In this document: piece after piece, positions 7,950 to 16,189 of the stretch
How positions within the stretch are numbered: the first letter of the stretch is position 1
How the letters are laid out: every line of letters begins with the position of its first letter
Assembly (NCBI GenBank): GCA_964534375.1
Contig: CAZHPN010000079.1
Span: 1-25,346, forward strand
Direction: 5' to 3'
Length of the DNA stretch: 25,346 nucleotides
Source: an uncultured bacterium
GTDB lineage: Bacteria > Lernaellota > Lernaellaia > Lernaellales > Lernaellaceae
Translations under genes and position numbers: made by a program
The notes under the pieces: model-generated
Seen by the model: only the letters and a program-made list of their open reading frames with translations
Databases searched by the model: none
What the model was told of the DNA's origin: nothing

Positions 7950-8154
7950 GGCGCGCTGCACGGGAATAAGGCGACGCGAATTGTCGCCATTGTTTTGCTC
8001 TGTCCGGCCGAGAACGATGGGTAAAATCAACGGTTGCGCTTTTTCTCGACGCCCGATAAACTAACCGTGCGCGTTTTGCTGACCGGAAGTTGGGACGCGC
8101 AAGAACGTTTTGCGTGAAAAACAAACAGTTCATCGTCACAGGGAGCGTCCGCCT

Positions 8155-9264
8155 ATGAAACGCCATTCGGGTATTGCCATCGCCCTCGCGCTCTTTTTAT
8201 TGTGCGCGCCCGCCGCACTTCTCGCCACCGGCGACAACCTGCCGGAAGTGCAGCAGGCCATTCAGGACAAGGGCCTGAATTGGACCGCCGGCCCCGCGGC
8301 GTTCAGCGAAGCCGATTTTGTTGCCCGGCTCGGCGTCCGCCTGCCGTTGAAGACCGACAACATCTGTTATCCGGAGGTCCGCGCCATGAAGAGCTTGCCG
8401 CCTCATTTCGATTGGCGCGACCAGAACGCGGTCACGTCGGTGAAAGACCAGGGAAACTGCGGCGGCTGTTGGGCTTTCGCCACGGTCGGCTCGCTTGAGT
8501 CCGAGGCGATCATCGGCGGCCATTACCCGCAAACGATCTACCTCTCCGAACAGGCGCTTTTGTCGTGCGACAGCGGCGAACAGGGGTGCAACGGCGCGGG
8601 CGACATGGATCAGCCCGCCGGGTTTGTCGTTCAATACGGAACGGTGGACGAAGCTTGTTTCCCGTACCAGGATCAGAATGGGCAAGACGTGTCGTGCAAC
8701 CTGTGCGACGACTATCAAGCGCACGTCTATCGAGCCGGCTCGACCGGCGGCGTGTCGGCGGATGTGACCTCGCTGAAGCAGGCTTGCCAGCACTACGGCC
8801 CGCTGATCACGACCATGGTCGTCTACGACGACTTCAACTATTACACGGGCGGCGTCTATTCCTACGCGTATGGCAACGCCGACGGCGGCCATGCGGTGCT
8901 GCTTGTCGGGTGGGACGATCCGAGCCAGTCGTTCTACGTGAAGAACTCGTGGGGAACCGGGTGGGGCGAAGAGGGCTATTTCCAGATCGCTTACACGGAA
9001 GTCGGCGGCACGACGCAGTTCGGCGCGGACACGCAGTGGCTGACGTGGGGCTCCGGGCCCAGCGACGACGACGACGACAACGACGACAACGACGACAACG
9101 ATGACAATGACAACGACGATAACGACGATAATGACGACAACGACGACAACGACGACAACGACAATCACCCCGGCGTCGGCGACGACGACAATGCGCCGGC
9201 GCATCATCCGGGCGCGTCGCCGATCAAGAGGACGGTCGTCCTGACCACCGGCTGCGGCGGCTAA
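8155..9264 (+). CDS. Secreted papain-family (C1A) cysteine peptidase with acidic repeat tail
   Basis: Signal peptide; LPPHFDWRD, VKDQGNCGGCWAF (Gln, Cys), GGHAVLLVGW (His), KNSWGTGWGEEGYF (Asn). Confidence 0.95.
   Translation: MKRHSGIAIALALFLLCAPAALLATGDNLPEVQQAIQDKGLNWTAGPAAFSEADFVARLGVRLPLKTDNICYPEVRAMKSLPPHFDWRDQNAVTSVKDQGNCGGCWAFATVGSLESEAIIGGHYPQTIYLSEQALLSCDSGEQGCNGAGDMDQPAGFVVQYGTVDEACFPYQDQNGQDVSCNLCDDYQAHVYRAGSTGGVSADVTSLKQACQHYGPLITTMVVYDDFNYYTGGVYSYAYGNADGGHAVLLVGWDDPSQSFYVKNSWGTGWGEEGYFQIAYTEVGGTTQFGADTQWLTWGSGPSDDDDDNDDNDDNDDNDNDDNDDNDDNDDNDDNDNHPGVGDDDNAPAHHPGASPIKRTVVLTTGCGG
9064..9165 (+). repeat. Coding tandem repeat (GAC GAC AAC)n encoding a DDN linker
   Basis: About 34 consecutive Asp/Asn codons. 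Confidence 0.95.
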
Positions 9265-9288
9265 CGGCGTTTTTCGGCTGACCAGGCG

Positions 9289-9316
9289 AGGGCGGGCCGC
9301 CGGGCCCGCCCTTTTT
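9289..9316 (+). terminator. Intrinsic terminator
   Basis: AGGGCGGGCC-GCCG-GGCCCGCCCT plus TTTT after the peptidase stop. Confidence 0.85.
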
Positions 9317-9528
9317 GTGTGCGCGCGGCTCTTGTCAGGCACGCCGCGATTGTTACATTTCAGCCAATTGCTTCGTTGTTTGCATGCGTCGCTCAACCCG
9401 GGTCGAATCGGACAGCGGTCGGCGCTCGGCGCGAACCATTGACCGGCCTCGGGCGCGCGTGCTAAACGAATCATTCAACTTTGCCGGACCACGCCGCATG
9501 GGCGCGGCGGGGGAGCCAGACGAGCCGC

Positions 9529-11349
9529 ATGAACATCTTAGGAATCAGCGCGTTCTATCACGACAGCGCCGCTTGCCTGGTCCGCGACGGCGAAATCGTC
9601 GCCGCCGGGCAGGAAGAGCGCTTCACGCGCGTCAAGCACGATCATAATTTCCCGGCCAAGGCCGCCGAGTACGTGCTCGCGGCCGGGGGCATCTCGATCA
9701 AAGACGTCGATCTGGTCGCGTTCTACGACAAGCCGCTGCTCAAGTTCGAACGCCTGCTGCGCACCTATCTCAACGTCGCGCCGCTCGGCCTGCCCAGCTT
9801 TCTGATGGCCATGCCGCTGTGGCTGAAACAGAAGCTGCTCATTCCCAAGGTGCTGCGCCGCGAACTCGACTACAACGGCCCGCAGATCTACCCCGAGCAC
9901 CACGAAAGCCACGCCGCCAGCGCGTTTTTCCCGAGCCCATTCGAGCGCGCGGCGTTCATCACCTTCGACGGCGTCGGCGAGTGGACGACCATGAGCTGGG
10001 GCGTCGCCGCCGGCAACAAAGTGCAAATCCGCGCGGAAATCCGCTATCCGCACAGCGTCGGCATGCTCTATTCCGCCTTCACGTATTTCCTCGGCTTCCG
10101 CGTCAATTCCGGCGAGTACAAGGTGATGGGCCTCGCGCCCTACGGCGAGCCGAAATACGTCGAGCTCATCAAGAAGAAGCTGATCGACATCAAGGACGAC
10201 GGCAGCTTCAAACTGAACATGGACTATTTCACTTATCTGCACGGCCTGCGGATGACCGGCCGGCGATTCGAGAAGTTGTTCGGCATTCCGGCGCGGTCGT
10301 CCGAAGGCAAGCTCGAACAGATTCACATGGACCTCGCGCGTTCGCTGCAGGCGGTGACCGAAGAGGTGATGCTCAAGACCGCCCGCTACGTTCACGGCCG
10401 CACCGGCGAGAAAAACCTGTGCCTGGCCGGCGGCGTCTCGCTCAATTGCGTCGGCAACGGCGTGGTCCTGCGCGAAGGGCCGTTCGACGACATTTGGGTG
10501 CAGCCGGCCTCGGGCGACGCCGGCGGGGCGCTGGGCGCGGCGGTTTACGCCTGGCACCAGTATCTCGAGCAGCCGCGGCACACGAACGGTTCGCGGCACG
10601 ATCGGCAGCGCGGCAGTTTTCTCGGGCCGGAGTTCACCGACGACGACATCGGCAAGTTTCTGACCTCGCGCAATATTCCGCACCGCAAGCTCGCGCGCGA
10701 CGACGTGGCGCGAACGGCGGCTGAAATCATCGCCTCCGGCAAGGTGCTGGGGTGGGTGCAGGGCCGGATGGAGTTCGGGCCGCGGGCGCTCGGCGCGCGC
10801 AGCATCCTCGGCGACGCGCGCAGCCCCGAGATGCAAAAGACGATGAATCTGAAAATCAAATTCCGCGAGAGTTTCCGGCCGTTCGCGCCGACCGTGAGAG
10901 CCGAGAATATTTCGGAATGGTTCGACATCGACCGGCCCAGCCCGTACATGTTGTTCGTGGCGCAGGTGGCGACGGACAAGCTGCGGCCGCTGCCGCCGGA
11001 CGAGAAGGACAAGCGCGGCCTGGAAAAGCTCTACGTGGTGCGCAGCGAAGTGCCGGCGATCACGCACGTCGACGGCTCGGCGCGCATTCAATCGGTCGAC
11101 CGCAACGACCATCCGCTGTACCACGACCTGCTCGATGAATTCGCCAAGCTGACCGGCGTGCCGGTGATCATCAACACGAGCTTCAACGTGCGCGGCGAGC
11201 CGATCGTCTGCACGCCGCAGGACGCATACGTCTGTTTCATGCGCACGCACATCGAGGCGCTGATGATCGGTTCGTATCTGATTCTCAAAGAGGACCAGCC
11301 GAAGTGGGAAGAAGATTTCGACTGGCGCAAACACTACCGACCGGATTGA
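9529..11349 (+). CDS. O-carbamoyltransferase, NodU/CmcH (SxtI-like) family
   Basis: MNILGISAFYHDSAA, EERFTRVKHD, EHHESHAASAF, DGVGE, EYKVMGLAPYG, EFGPRALG, FRESFRPFAP, NTSFNVRGEPIV. Confidence 0.96.
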   Translation: MNILGISAFYHDSAACLVRDGEIVAAGQEERFTRVKHDHNFPAKAAEYVLAAGGISIKDVDLVAFYDKPLLKFERLLRTYLNVAPLGLPSFLMAMPLWLKQKLLIPKVLRRELDYNGPQIYPEHHESHAASAFFPSPFERAAFITFDGVGEWTTMSWGVAAGNKVQIRAEIRYPHSVGMLYSAFTYFLGFRVNSGEYKVMGLAPYGEPKYVELIKKKLIDIKDDGSFKLNMDYFTYLHGLRMTGRRFEKLFGIPARSSEGKLEQIHMDLARSLQAVTEEVMLKTARYVHGRTGEKNLCLAGGVSLNCVGNGVVLREGPFDDIWVQPASGDAGGALGAAVYAWHQYLEQPRHTNGSRHDRQRGSFLGPEFTDDDIGKFLTSRNIPHRKLARDDVARTAAEIIASGKVLGWVQGRMEFGPRALGARSILGDARSPEMQKTMNLKIKFRESFRPFAPTVRAENISEWFDIDRPSPYMLFVAQVATDKLRPLPPDEKDKRGLEKLYVVRSEVPAITHVDGSARIQSVDRNDHPLYHDLLDEFAKLTGVPVIINTSFNVRGEPIVCTPQDAYVCFMRTHIEALMIGSYLILKEDQPKWEEDFDWRKHYRPD

Positions 11350-11352
11350 GCC

Positions 11353-11751
11353 ATGGCCAAACGCGACGAAAACAAGGACATTCGAAATTTCGGCATCGCC
11401 CTCGCCGTGTTGCTGGCGATCTTCGCCGGACTCGGCTGGCATAACGAGAAAGCCGCCTGGCCGTACCTGGCCGGCGCCGCGGGCCTCGCGCTGCTTCTCG
11501 GCCTGTTCCTCCGGCCGGCGTTGCGGCCGATTTTCCGCGGCTGGATGTGGTTCGCGCAGAAACTCAACTGGGTGACCACGCGGGTTCTTCTGACCGTTTT
11601 TTGGCTGGTCGTCTTCCTGCCGATCGGCCTGGTTCTGCGGCTGTTCCGCGTCGATTTCTTCGACCGGCGTTGGAATCCCGACCAAGCCAGCTATTGGCGC
11701 GAACGCCCCGATGCGCCCCCCGATCGCCGGCGGGCGGAACGATTAGGCTGA
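11353..11751 (+). CDS. SxtJ-family membrane protein
   Basis: IRNFG, LRPIFRGWMWFA, PIGLVLRLFRVD and SYWRER motifs; 3 nt downstream of the carbamoyltransferase. Confidence 0.85.
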   Translation: MAKRDENKDIRNFGIALAVLLAIFAGLGWHNEKAAWPYLAGAAGLALLLGLFLRPALRPIFRGWMWFAQKLNWVTTRVLLTVFWLVVFLPIGLVLRLFRVDFFDRRWNPDQASYWRERPDAPPDRRRAERLG

Positions 11752-11772
11752 TCGCGTTGACGTTTCCGCGTC

Positions 11773-11793
11773 CACTGTTCACTGCTCACAGTT
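11773..11793. repeat. Heptamer tandem repeat (CACWGYT x3)
   Basis: CACTGTT CACTGCT CACAGTT in the intergenic gap. Confidence 0.55.
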
Positions 11794-11841
11794 CCAGGTA
11801 ATCTGCAGCGTCCGGCCGCCGGCCGGCGAAGGGGGGAACGC

Positions 11842-13071
11842 GTGAATCTGAGCGATATCCTGCCGCCGCTGCGGCATTTCGAGGTCATTCCGGTTAGCGA
11901 CGGCGGGCAGGAGACATACCTGCTGCGCGACCCGCAATCGTTCGCGGACCACATGCTCACGGTCAGTCGGCCGGTGCTCTTCTGCCTGCAATTTTTCGAT
12001 GGCCGCTCGCAGGTGGCGACGCTCGCCGAGGCGTGGCGCGACGCGACCGGCGGCAATGAGTTGCCCGTCGAGCGGCTGGACCGCATTGTCGCCGAATTGG
12101 ACGGAGTGTATCTGCTCGCCAACGAACGCAGCCGGGCGCACGAGGCCGATTTGCGCGCGCAATTCGCCGCGCAATCCACCCGGATGCATCGCTTCGGCGA
12201 CGCCGGCGCGCAGGTCGCCGCCGCGCTCGCGGCCTGCTACGACGCGGCAGGTCTGCCGCCCGCGGCGTCGATCGCCAACGAAAGCAACGACCTCGCGTTC
12301 CTGATGGCCCCGCACATCGACTACCCGCGCGGCGGGGCGGCCTGGGGCCTGGCCTACGACGCGGCCCGGCGCCGTTTTGCCGGCGAGGTCGTGGTCGTGC
12401 TGGGCGTCAATCACCAGCCGCACGCGACGGCCGTGGCGTTGACGCGAAAAAATTTCTTGACGCCGCTCGGCGAGGTCGACACCGACGTTGCGCTGGTCGA
12501 CGAAATCGCGGCGGCGCTGCCGTTCGACGGGTTCGCCGACGAGTTCTGTCATCGCGACGAGCACAGCGTCGAATTGGCGGCGCTGGCTCTGCGGCATGCC
12601 TTCGGCGACGGCTGTCCGAAGATCGTGCCGGTCCTGTGCGGCAGCGTCGAGGAGTTTGTCCAGCAGCAGGTTTACCCGCGGGCATCGACGCACATCGCGG
12701 CCTTTCAGGACGTGCTGCGGCAGATCGTCGCGCGCGAGGGTCAGCGGTTGCTGGTGCTCGCGAGCGTCGATCTTTCGCACATCGGCCCGCAATTCGGCGC
12801 CGCGGAACCGGTTAGCGAAACCGAATTCGAATCGTCGCTGGCGGCGGACCGGGAACTGCTGGCGATTGTCGGCCGCGGCGATGCCGATGGATTCTTCGGC
12901 GCGATAGCGGCGGATCAAAACGCCCGCCACGTTTGCGGCGTCGCGCCGATTCACCACGCCTTGGCGTGCGTTGACGGCGGCGAGGCCTTGCCGGCCGGCG
13001 CGTACGGTTGGCGCGCCGCCGACGGTTCGGGCGCGGTGACGTTTGGAGTCGGCGGGCTGCTGCGGAAATAG
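11842..13071 (+). CDS. MEMO1-family protein (AmmeMemoRadiSam system protein B) with N-terminal extension
   Basis: APHIDYPRGG, LGVNH, FLTPLGEV, HRDEHSVE, ASVDLSHIGPQFG, VCGVAPI; GTG start with GAAGGGGGG RBS. Confidence 0.9.
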   Translation: MNLSDILPPLRHFEVIPVSDGGQETYLLRDPQSFADHMLTVSRPVLFCLQFFDGRSQVATLAEAWRDATGGNELPVERLDRIVAELDGVYLLANERSRAHEADLRAQFAAQSTRMHRFGDAGAQVAAALAACYDAAGLPPAASIANESNDLAFLMAPHIDYPRGGAAWGLAYDAARRRFAGEVVVVLGVNHQPHATAVALTRKNFLTPLGEVDTDVALVDEIAAALPFDGFADEFCHRDEHSVELAALALRHAFGDGCPKIVPVLCGSVEEFVQQQVYPRASTHIAAFQDVLRQIVAREGQRLLVLASVDLSHIGPQFGAAEPVSETEFESSLAADRELLAIVGRGDADGFFGAIAADQNARHVCGVAPIHHALACVDGGEALPAGAYGWRAADGSGAVTFGVGGLLRK

Positions 13072-13104
13072 AAAAGGAAGAAGGAAAAAGGAAAAAGGAA
13101 AAAG
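13071..13104. repeat. Polypurine heptamer repeat (GAARAAG)n
   Basis: GAAAAG GAAGAAG GAAAAAG GAAAAAG GAAAAAG, starting at the MEMO1 stop. Confidence 0.8.
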
Positions 13105-13138
13105 TCGGTGGCCAGCCGGTCGACCTACCGATGCATTA

Positions 13139-13166
13139 ACTCCCGAACGCCCAACCCCGAATCCCG
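13139..13166. repeat. Degenerate heptamer repeat (AAYCCCG-like x4)
   Basis: ACTCCCG AACGCCC AACCCCG AATCCCG, just downstream of the Kazal gene stop. Confidence 0.55.
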
Positions 13167-13176
13167 CCTCGCTACC

Positions 13177-13638
13177 TCACGGACACTCCCGAATTTCCCA
13201 CGAGCAATTGCCGTCCGTCTCACGCACACAGCGATCCGTCGGGCCGCCCTCGGAGCCGTCGGGGCACTTCCAGTTCGGCTCGCCGAGTGCGGGGCCGCAA
13301 TCCGCAACGGGGCACAAGACCTTATCGCAATCGCCGACGGCGAACACGTTGGTTCCGCCGTTGTTGGCGTAGCATTCGTTCACATACGTTTTGTCGTCGC
13401 AGCCGCAGACGGGCGCGTAGATTTGATAGCACGCTTCCGGTCGCGGCTCGCACGCGCCCCAGCCCTCGCAATCGCTCGCGGCCTTTTGGCAGAAATCGGC
13501 CGCCGCACAATCGCTGTTGAGGACGCATTTTGACCCCGTCGGCCCAGTCCCGGGGCAATCGGGCGCGGCCAAAATCAAAAACACGAAGACGCCGCCGAGC
13601 AGCATCGCCAGCTTCAGCCAACCGTTTTCCGACTTCAT
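13177..13638 (-). CDS. Secreted Cys-rich Kazal-type domain protein
   Basis: Hydrophobic N-terminus; CYQIYAPVCGCDDKTYVNECYA Kazal signature; flanking disulfide-rich modules. Confidence 0.85.
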   Translation of the reverse strand: MKSENGWLKLAMLLGGVFVFLILAAPDCPGTGPTGSKCVLNSDCAAADFCQKAASDCEGWGACEPRPEACYQIYAPVCGCDDKTYVNECYANNGGTNVFAVGDCDKVLCPVADCGPALGEPNWKCPDGSEGGPTDRCVRETDGNCSWEIRECP

Positions 13639-13839
13639 GGCTCGCCCCCCGCCGGAATCGCCCCAAGTCAACATGTTGCTCGCTTTGCCATTGCGCAAGA
13701 TCGGTCTTTCCCGGGGCGCCAAAATACGCGCACATGCGGGCGGCGCCTCCGCTCGCCGGCTTGAGACGGCGGCCGGATTGCATCATCATTGCGACGCCGT
13801 TCGCGGGAACTCAGACTTTTGCGCGCTGCCTGCCGTCTC

Positions 13840-16155
13840 ATGGACCGTTGGAAAAAGGGAGATCGGGATATCGAATCTTTCTCGACAATGGGCACGGCCT
13901 ACATCGGCGGGCTGGCGCGAATATGGCCCTGGATGGCCGCATTTGCGTGTCTCGCGCTGCTGGCCGGGGCGGCGGCGCAGCGCCTCGACTTCTGGCGCAC
14001 GCGTGCTTTTCGGCGCTGGTTTCCCTGGTTGGCGCTGGCCGTGTCGCTGGCGGTCGGGCTCGCGCTCGCCTGGCAGCGAAAAGCCATGTTCGACGACGCC
14101 TTCATTTCCTTCCGCTATGTTCGTCAATTTTTGCAAGGCGCGGGCCTCGTGTTCAACGTCGGCGAGCGCGTGGAAGGCTACACGAATTTTCTCTGGATCA
14201 TCGTCCTGGCCGGCCTGGCATGGGTGACGCGGCTGCAGATTCCGTTCGTTGCCTTTTACGCGTGCCTCGCCTGTTTCGTCGGGAACGTGGCGACCATCTG
14301 GGCGCTCGGCCGGCGGCTCTCGGCGCCCGACGCCGGGCAGACCTACGTGCCGCTGGCCGCGCCGTGGCTGGCGACGCAGTATATCTTCACCTGTTATGCG
14401 ACAACCGGCATGGAAACGATGTTCGCCAGTTGGCTGGTGGTGATCGGCGCCTATTTTCTGGCCACCCAGGCGGGCGTTCGCCGCGCGACGGGCGCCGGCG
14501 TCTTCTTCATCCTCGCCGCGTTGGCGCGTCCGGATCATCTGCTGTTTTATTGCTGCGCGGGCGGTGTCCTGCTGGTCGAATGGATCGCCGCCGTCCGCGG
14601 CGCCTGGGCGACCCATCTCCGCGTCTGGCGAGCGGCGGCGCGCGAGTTCGCCGCGTTTGCCGCGCCGGCCGCCGGCTACGCGGTCTACTTTCTCTGGCGT
14701 TGGCGATATTACGGGGCGTTTTGGCCGAACACGTTTTACGCCCGATCGGTCGACGTTTCGTATTGGGCGCAAGGCTGGAAATATTTCTTGGCTTGCGGGG
14801 CGGGCGAGCACTTGCTGCTGTTGGCGCCGGTGTTCGCCGTGTGGGCGGCTAGTTCCCGCGACCCTCGTCTCGCGACGTTCCGTCGATTCGCCGTCGCCAG
14901 CGCTCTTATTTTTACGTTCTATATCGTCCGCGTCGGCGGCGATTTTATGCTCGGGCGATTTTTTCTGCCGTTGACGCCGTTGCTGTTGCTCGGCGTCGAG
15001 CAGGGCGCGCACGCGTGGGCGCGGGGCGCTCGCGCCCCGGCGTGGCGCGGGATCGCCGCGGCGGCGATTGTCGCCGCGACGGCCATCAGCGTTCCCTTTC
15101 CCGAAAGCTTCGAATCAATTGCCGACGAAAGTCGAGTGTATCGCGCGACGTATGGCAAATTGCATCTGGACAGGGCGGTTTCCGCGTCCATCGCCGAAGC
15201 ATTTGGCGAGCCGGTGACGGTCAGCGCCAACGCGATCGGCCGGATCAGTTATTATTCCGCTGTGCCGTTGATCGACAATTTGGGGCTGACCGACGCCGTC
15301 GTCGCGCGCCGCCGCTTGCGAGTTCGCGGCCGTCCCGGTCATGAACGAGCGGCGTCGCAGACCTATCTGGACGCGCGCGGCGTGGTTCTGGCCTCGGACG
15401 GCCTGAACGACGAACTCCGCAAGATTGAGATTCCCGGCAGCGATTTTGGGTGGAGCATCTACCGTTACCATCCCGATCTGATGAAGCGGCTCGCCGCGCG
15501 CGCGCCGGACGTAAAGTTCGCCCGTGTGGAAGACGTGCTCGACGCGGAATATCATAATTTGTCCGCGCGATCGGCGCGGGAAACGGCCGAATTGCTGCAA
15601 CGATTCGATCACTATTATTTTTCGGTGTCCGGCGACGAGCGCCGCCGCCGGCCGTTTGTCGAGCGTTTCATTCGACTGTGGGCCTTCGAAGACGGCCGCC
15701 TGCCGCCAGGGACGATCGTCGAGCCGTCGGCGAAACTGCGGTTCGTCACGCCCGCCGGTTCCGGCGAGTACGAAATCGAAAATTATCAAGGCGAGACGTT
15801 GCTGGCGTTGGGGCCTGGCGAGGCGGGCGGTCCGCCGGCGCGCGTCCGGTTTCCACCTTTCGAAATCCGCGGCGACGAGATCGGCTTCCTGGTCGGCAGT
15901 TGGCCCGAGCCGAGCCAGAGCGCGGTGGTCTTGAAAATCGACGGCGCGGCGTTCGGCCGGTGGGAAGGCAACGGCAGCGGACGATTGCAGCGCATTGTCG
16001 TGCCGCTCGTGGGCAAACGCGGCGGCCGCGCGGAGTTGTCCCTGGAAAACCGGTCGTTGCGCGAAACCCTGTTGTTCGACATGTTCTACGAAGCGGAGGC
16101 GCGAGGCGGTCCGACGTCTGCGGCGGGCGCGACGGCATCGGGCGCCGCCCCGTGA
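13840..16155 (+). CDS. Polytopic GT-C-fold glycosyltransferase (AftB/ArnT-like) with soluble C-terminal domain
   Basis: DDAFISFRY...GLVFNVGERVEGYTNFLW, GMET, RPD, YYGAFWPNTFYAR, GGDFMLGRFFLP, IDNLGLTD, RPGHER; many TM segments. Start uncertain (13840 or 13888). Confidence 0.8.
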   Translation: MDRWKKGDRDIESFSTMGTAYIGGLARIWPWMAAFACLALLAGAAAQRLDFWRTRAFRRWFPWLALAVSLAVGLALAWQRKAMFDDAFISFRYVRQFLQGAGLVFNVGERVEGYTNFLWIIVLAGLAWVTRLQIPFVAFYACLACFVGNVATIWALGRRLSAPDAGQTYVPLAAPWLATQYIFTCYATTGMETMFASWLVVIGAYFLATQAGVRRATGAGVFFILAALARPDHLLFYCCAGGVLLVEWIAAVRGAWATHLRVWRAAAREFAAFAAPAAGYAVYFLWRWRYYGAFWPNTFYARSVDVSYWAQGWKYFLACGAGEHLLLLAPVFAVWAASSRDPRLATFRRFAVASALIFTFYIVRVGGDFMLGRFFLPLTPLLLLGVEQGAHAWARGARAPAWRGIAAAAIVAATAISVPFPESFESIADESRVYRATYGKLHLDRAVSASIAEAFGEPVTVSANAIGRISYYSAVPLIDNLGLTDAVVARRRLRVRGRPGHERAASQTYLDARGVVLASDGLNDELRKIEIPGSDFGWSIYRYHPDLMKRLAARAPDVKFARVEDVLDAEYHNLSARSARETAELLQRFDHYYFSVSGDERRRRPFVERFIRLWAFEDGRLPPGTIVEPSAKLRFVTPAGSGEYEIENYQGETLLALGPGEAGGPPARVRFPPFEIRGDEIGFLVGSWPEPSQSAVVLKIDGAAFGRWEGNGSGRLQRIVVPLVGKRGGRAELSLENRSLRETLLFDMFYEAEARGGPTSAAGATASGAAP

Positions 16156-16189
16156 AACGGCATTTCTGCGAAAGCAGACCTTTTCGGCG

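Noticed and set aside
9064..9165. Repeat array as a possible CRISPR
   Set aside because: In-frame 9-bp coding repeat without spacers; no cas genes.
9538..11685. 715-aa minus-strand ORF and similar long overlapping ORFs (5247-6896, 21516-23219, 8197-9474)
   Set aside because: Shadow or alternate frames of clearly identified genes, with Arg/Ala/Gly-rich or mirror composition.
9529..11751. Saxitoxin biosynthesis cluster
   Set aside because: Only sxtI/J-like genes are present; no sxtA, sxtG or other core genes, and these families are widespread.
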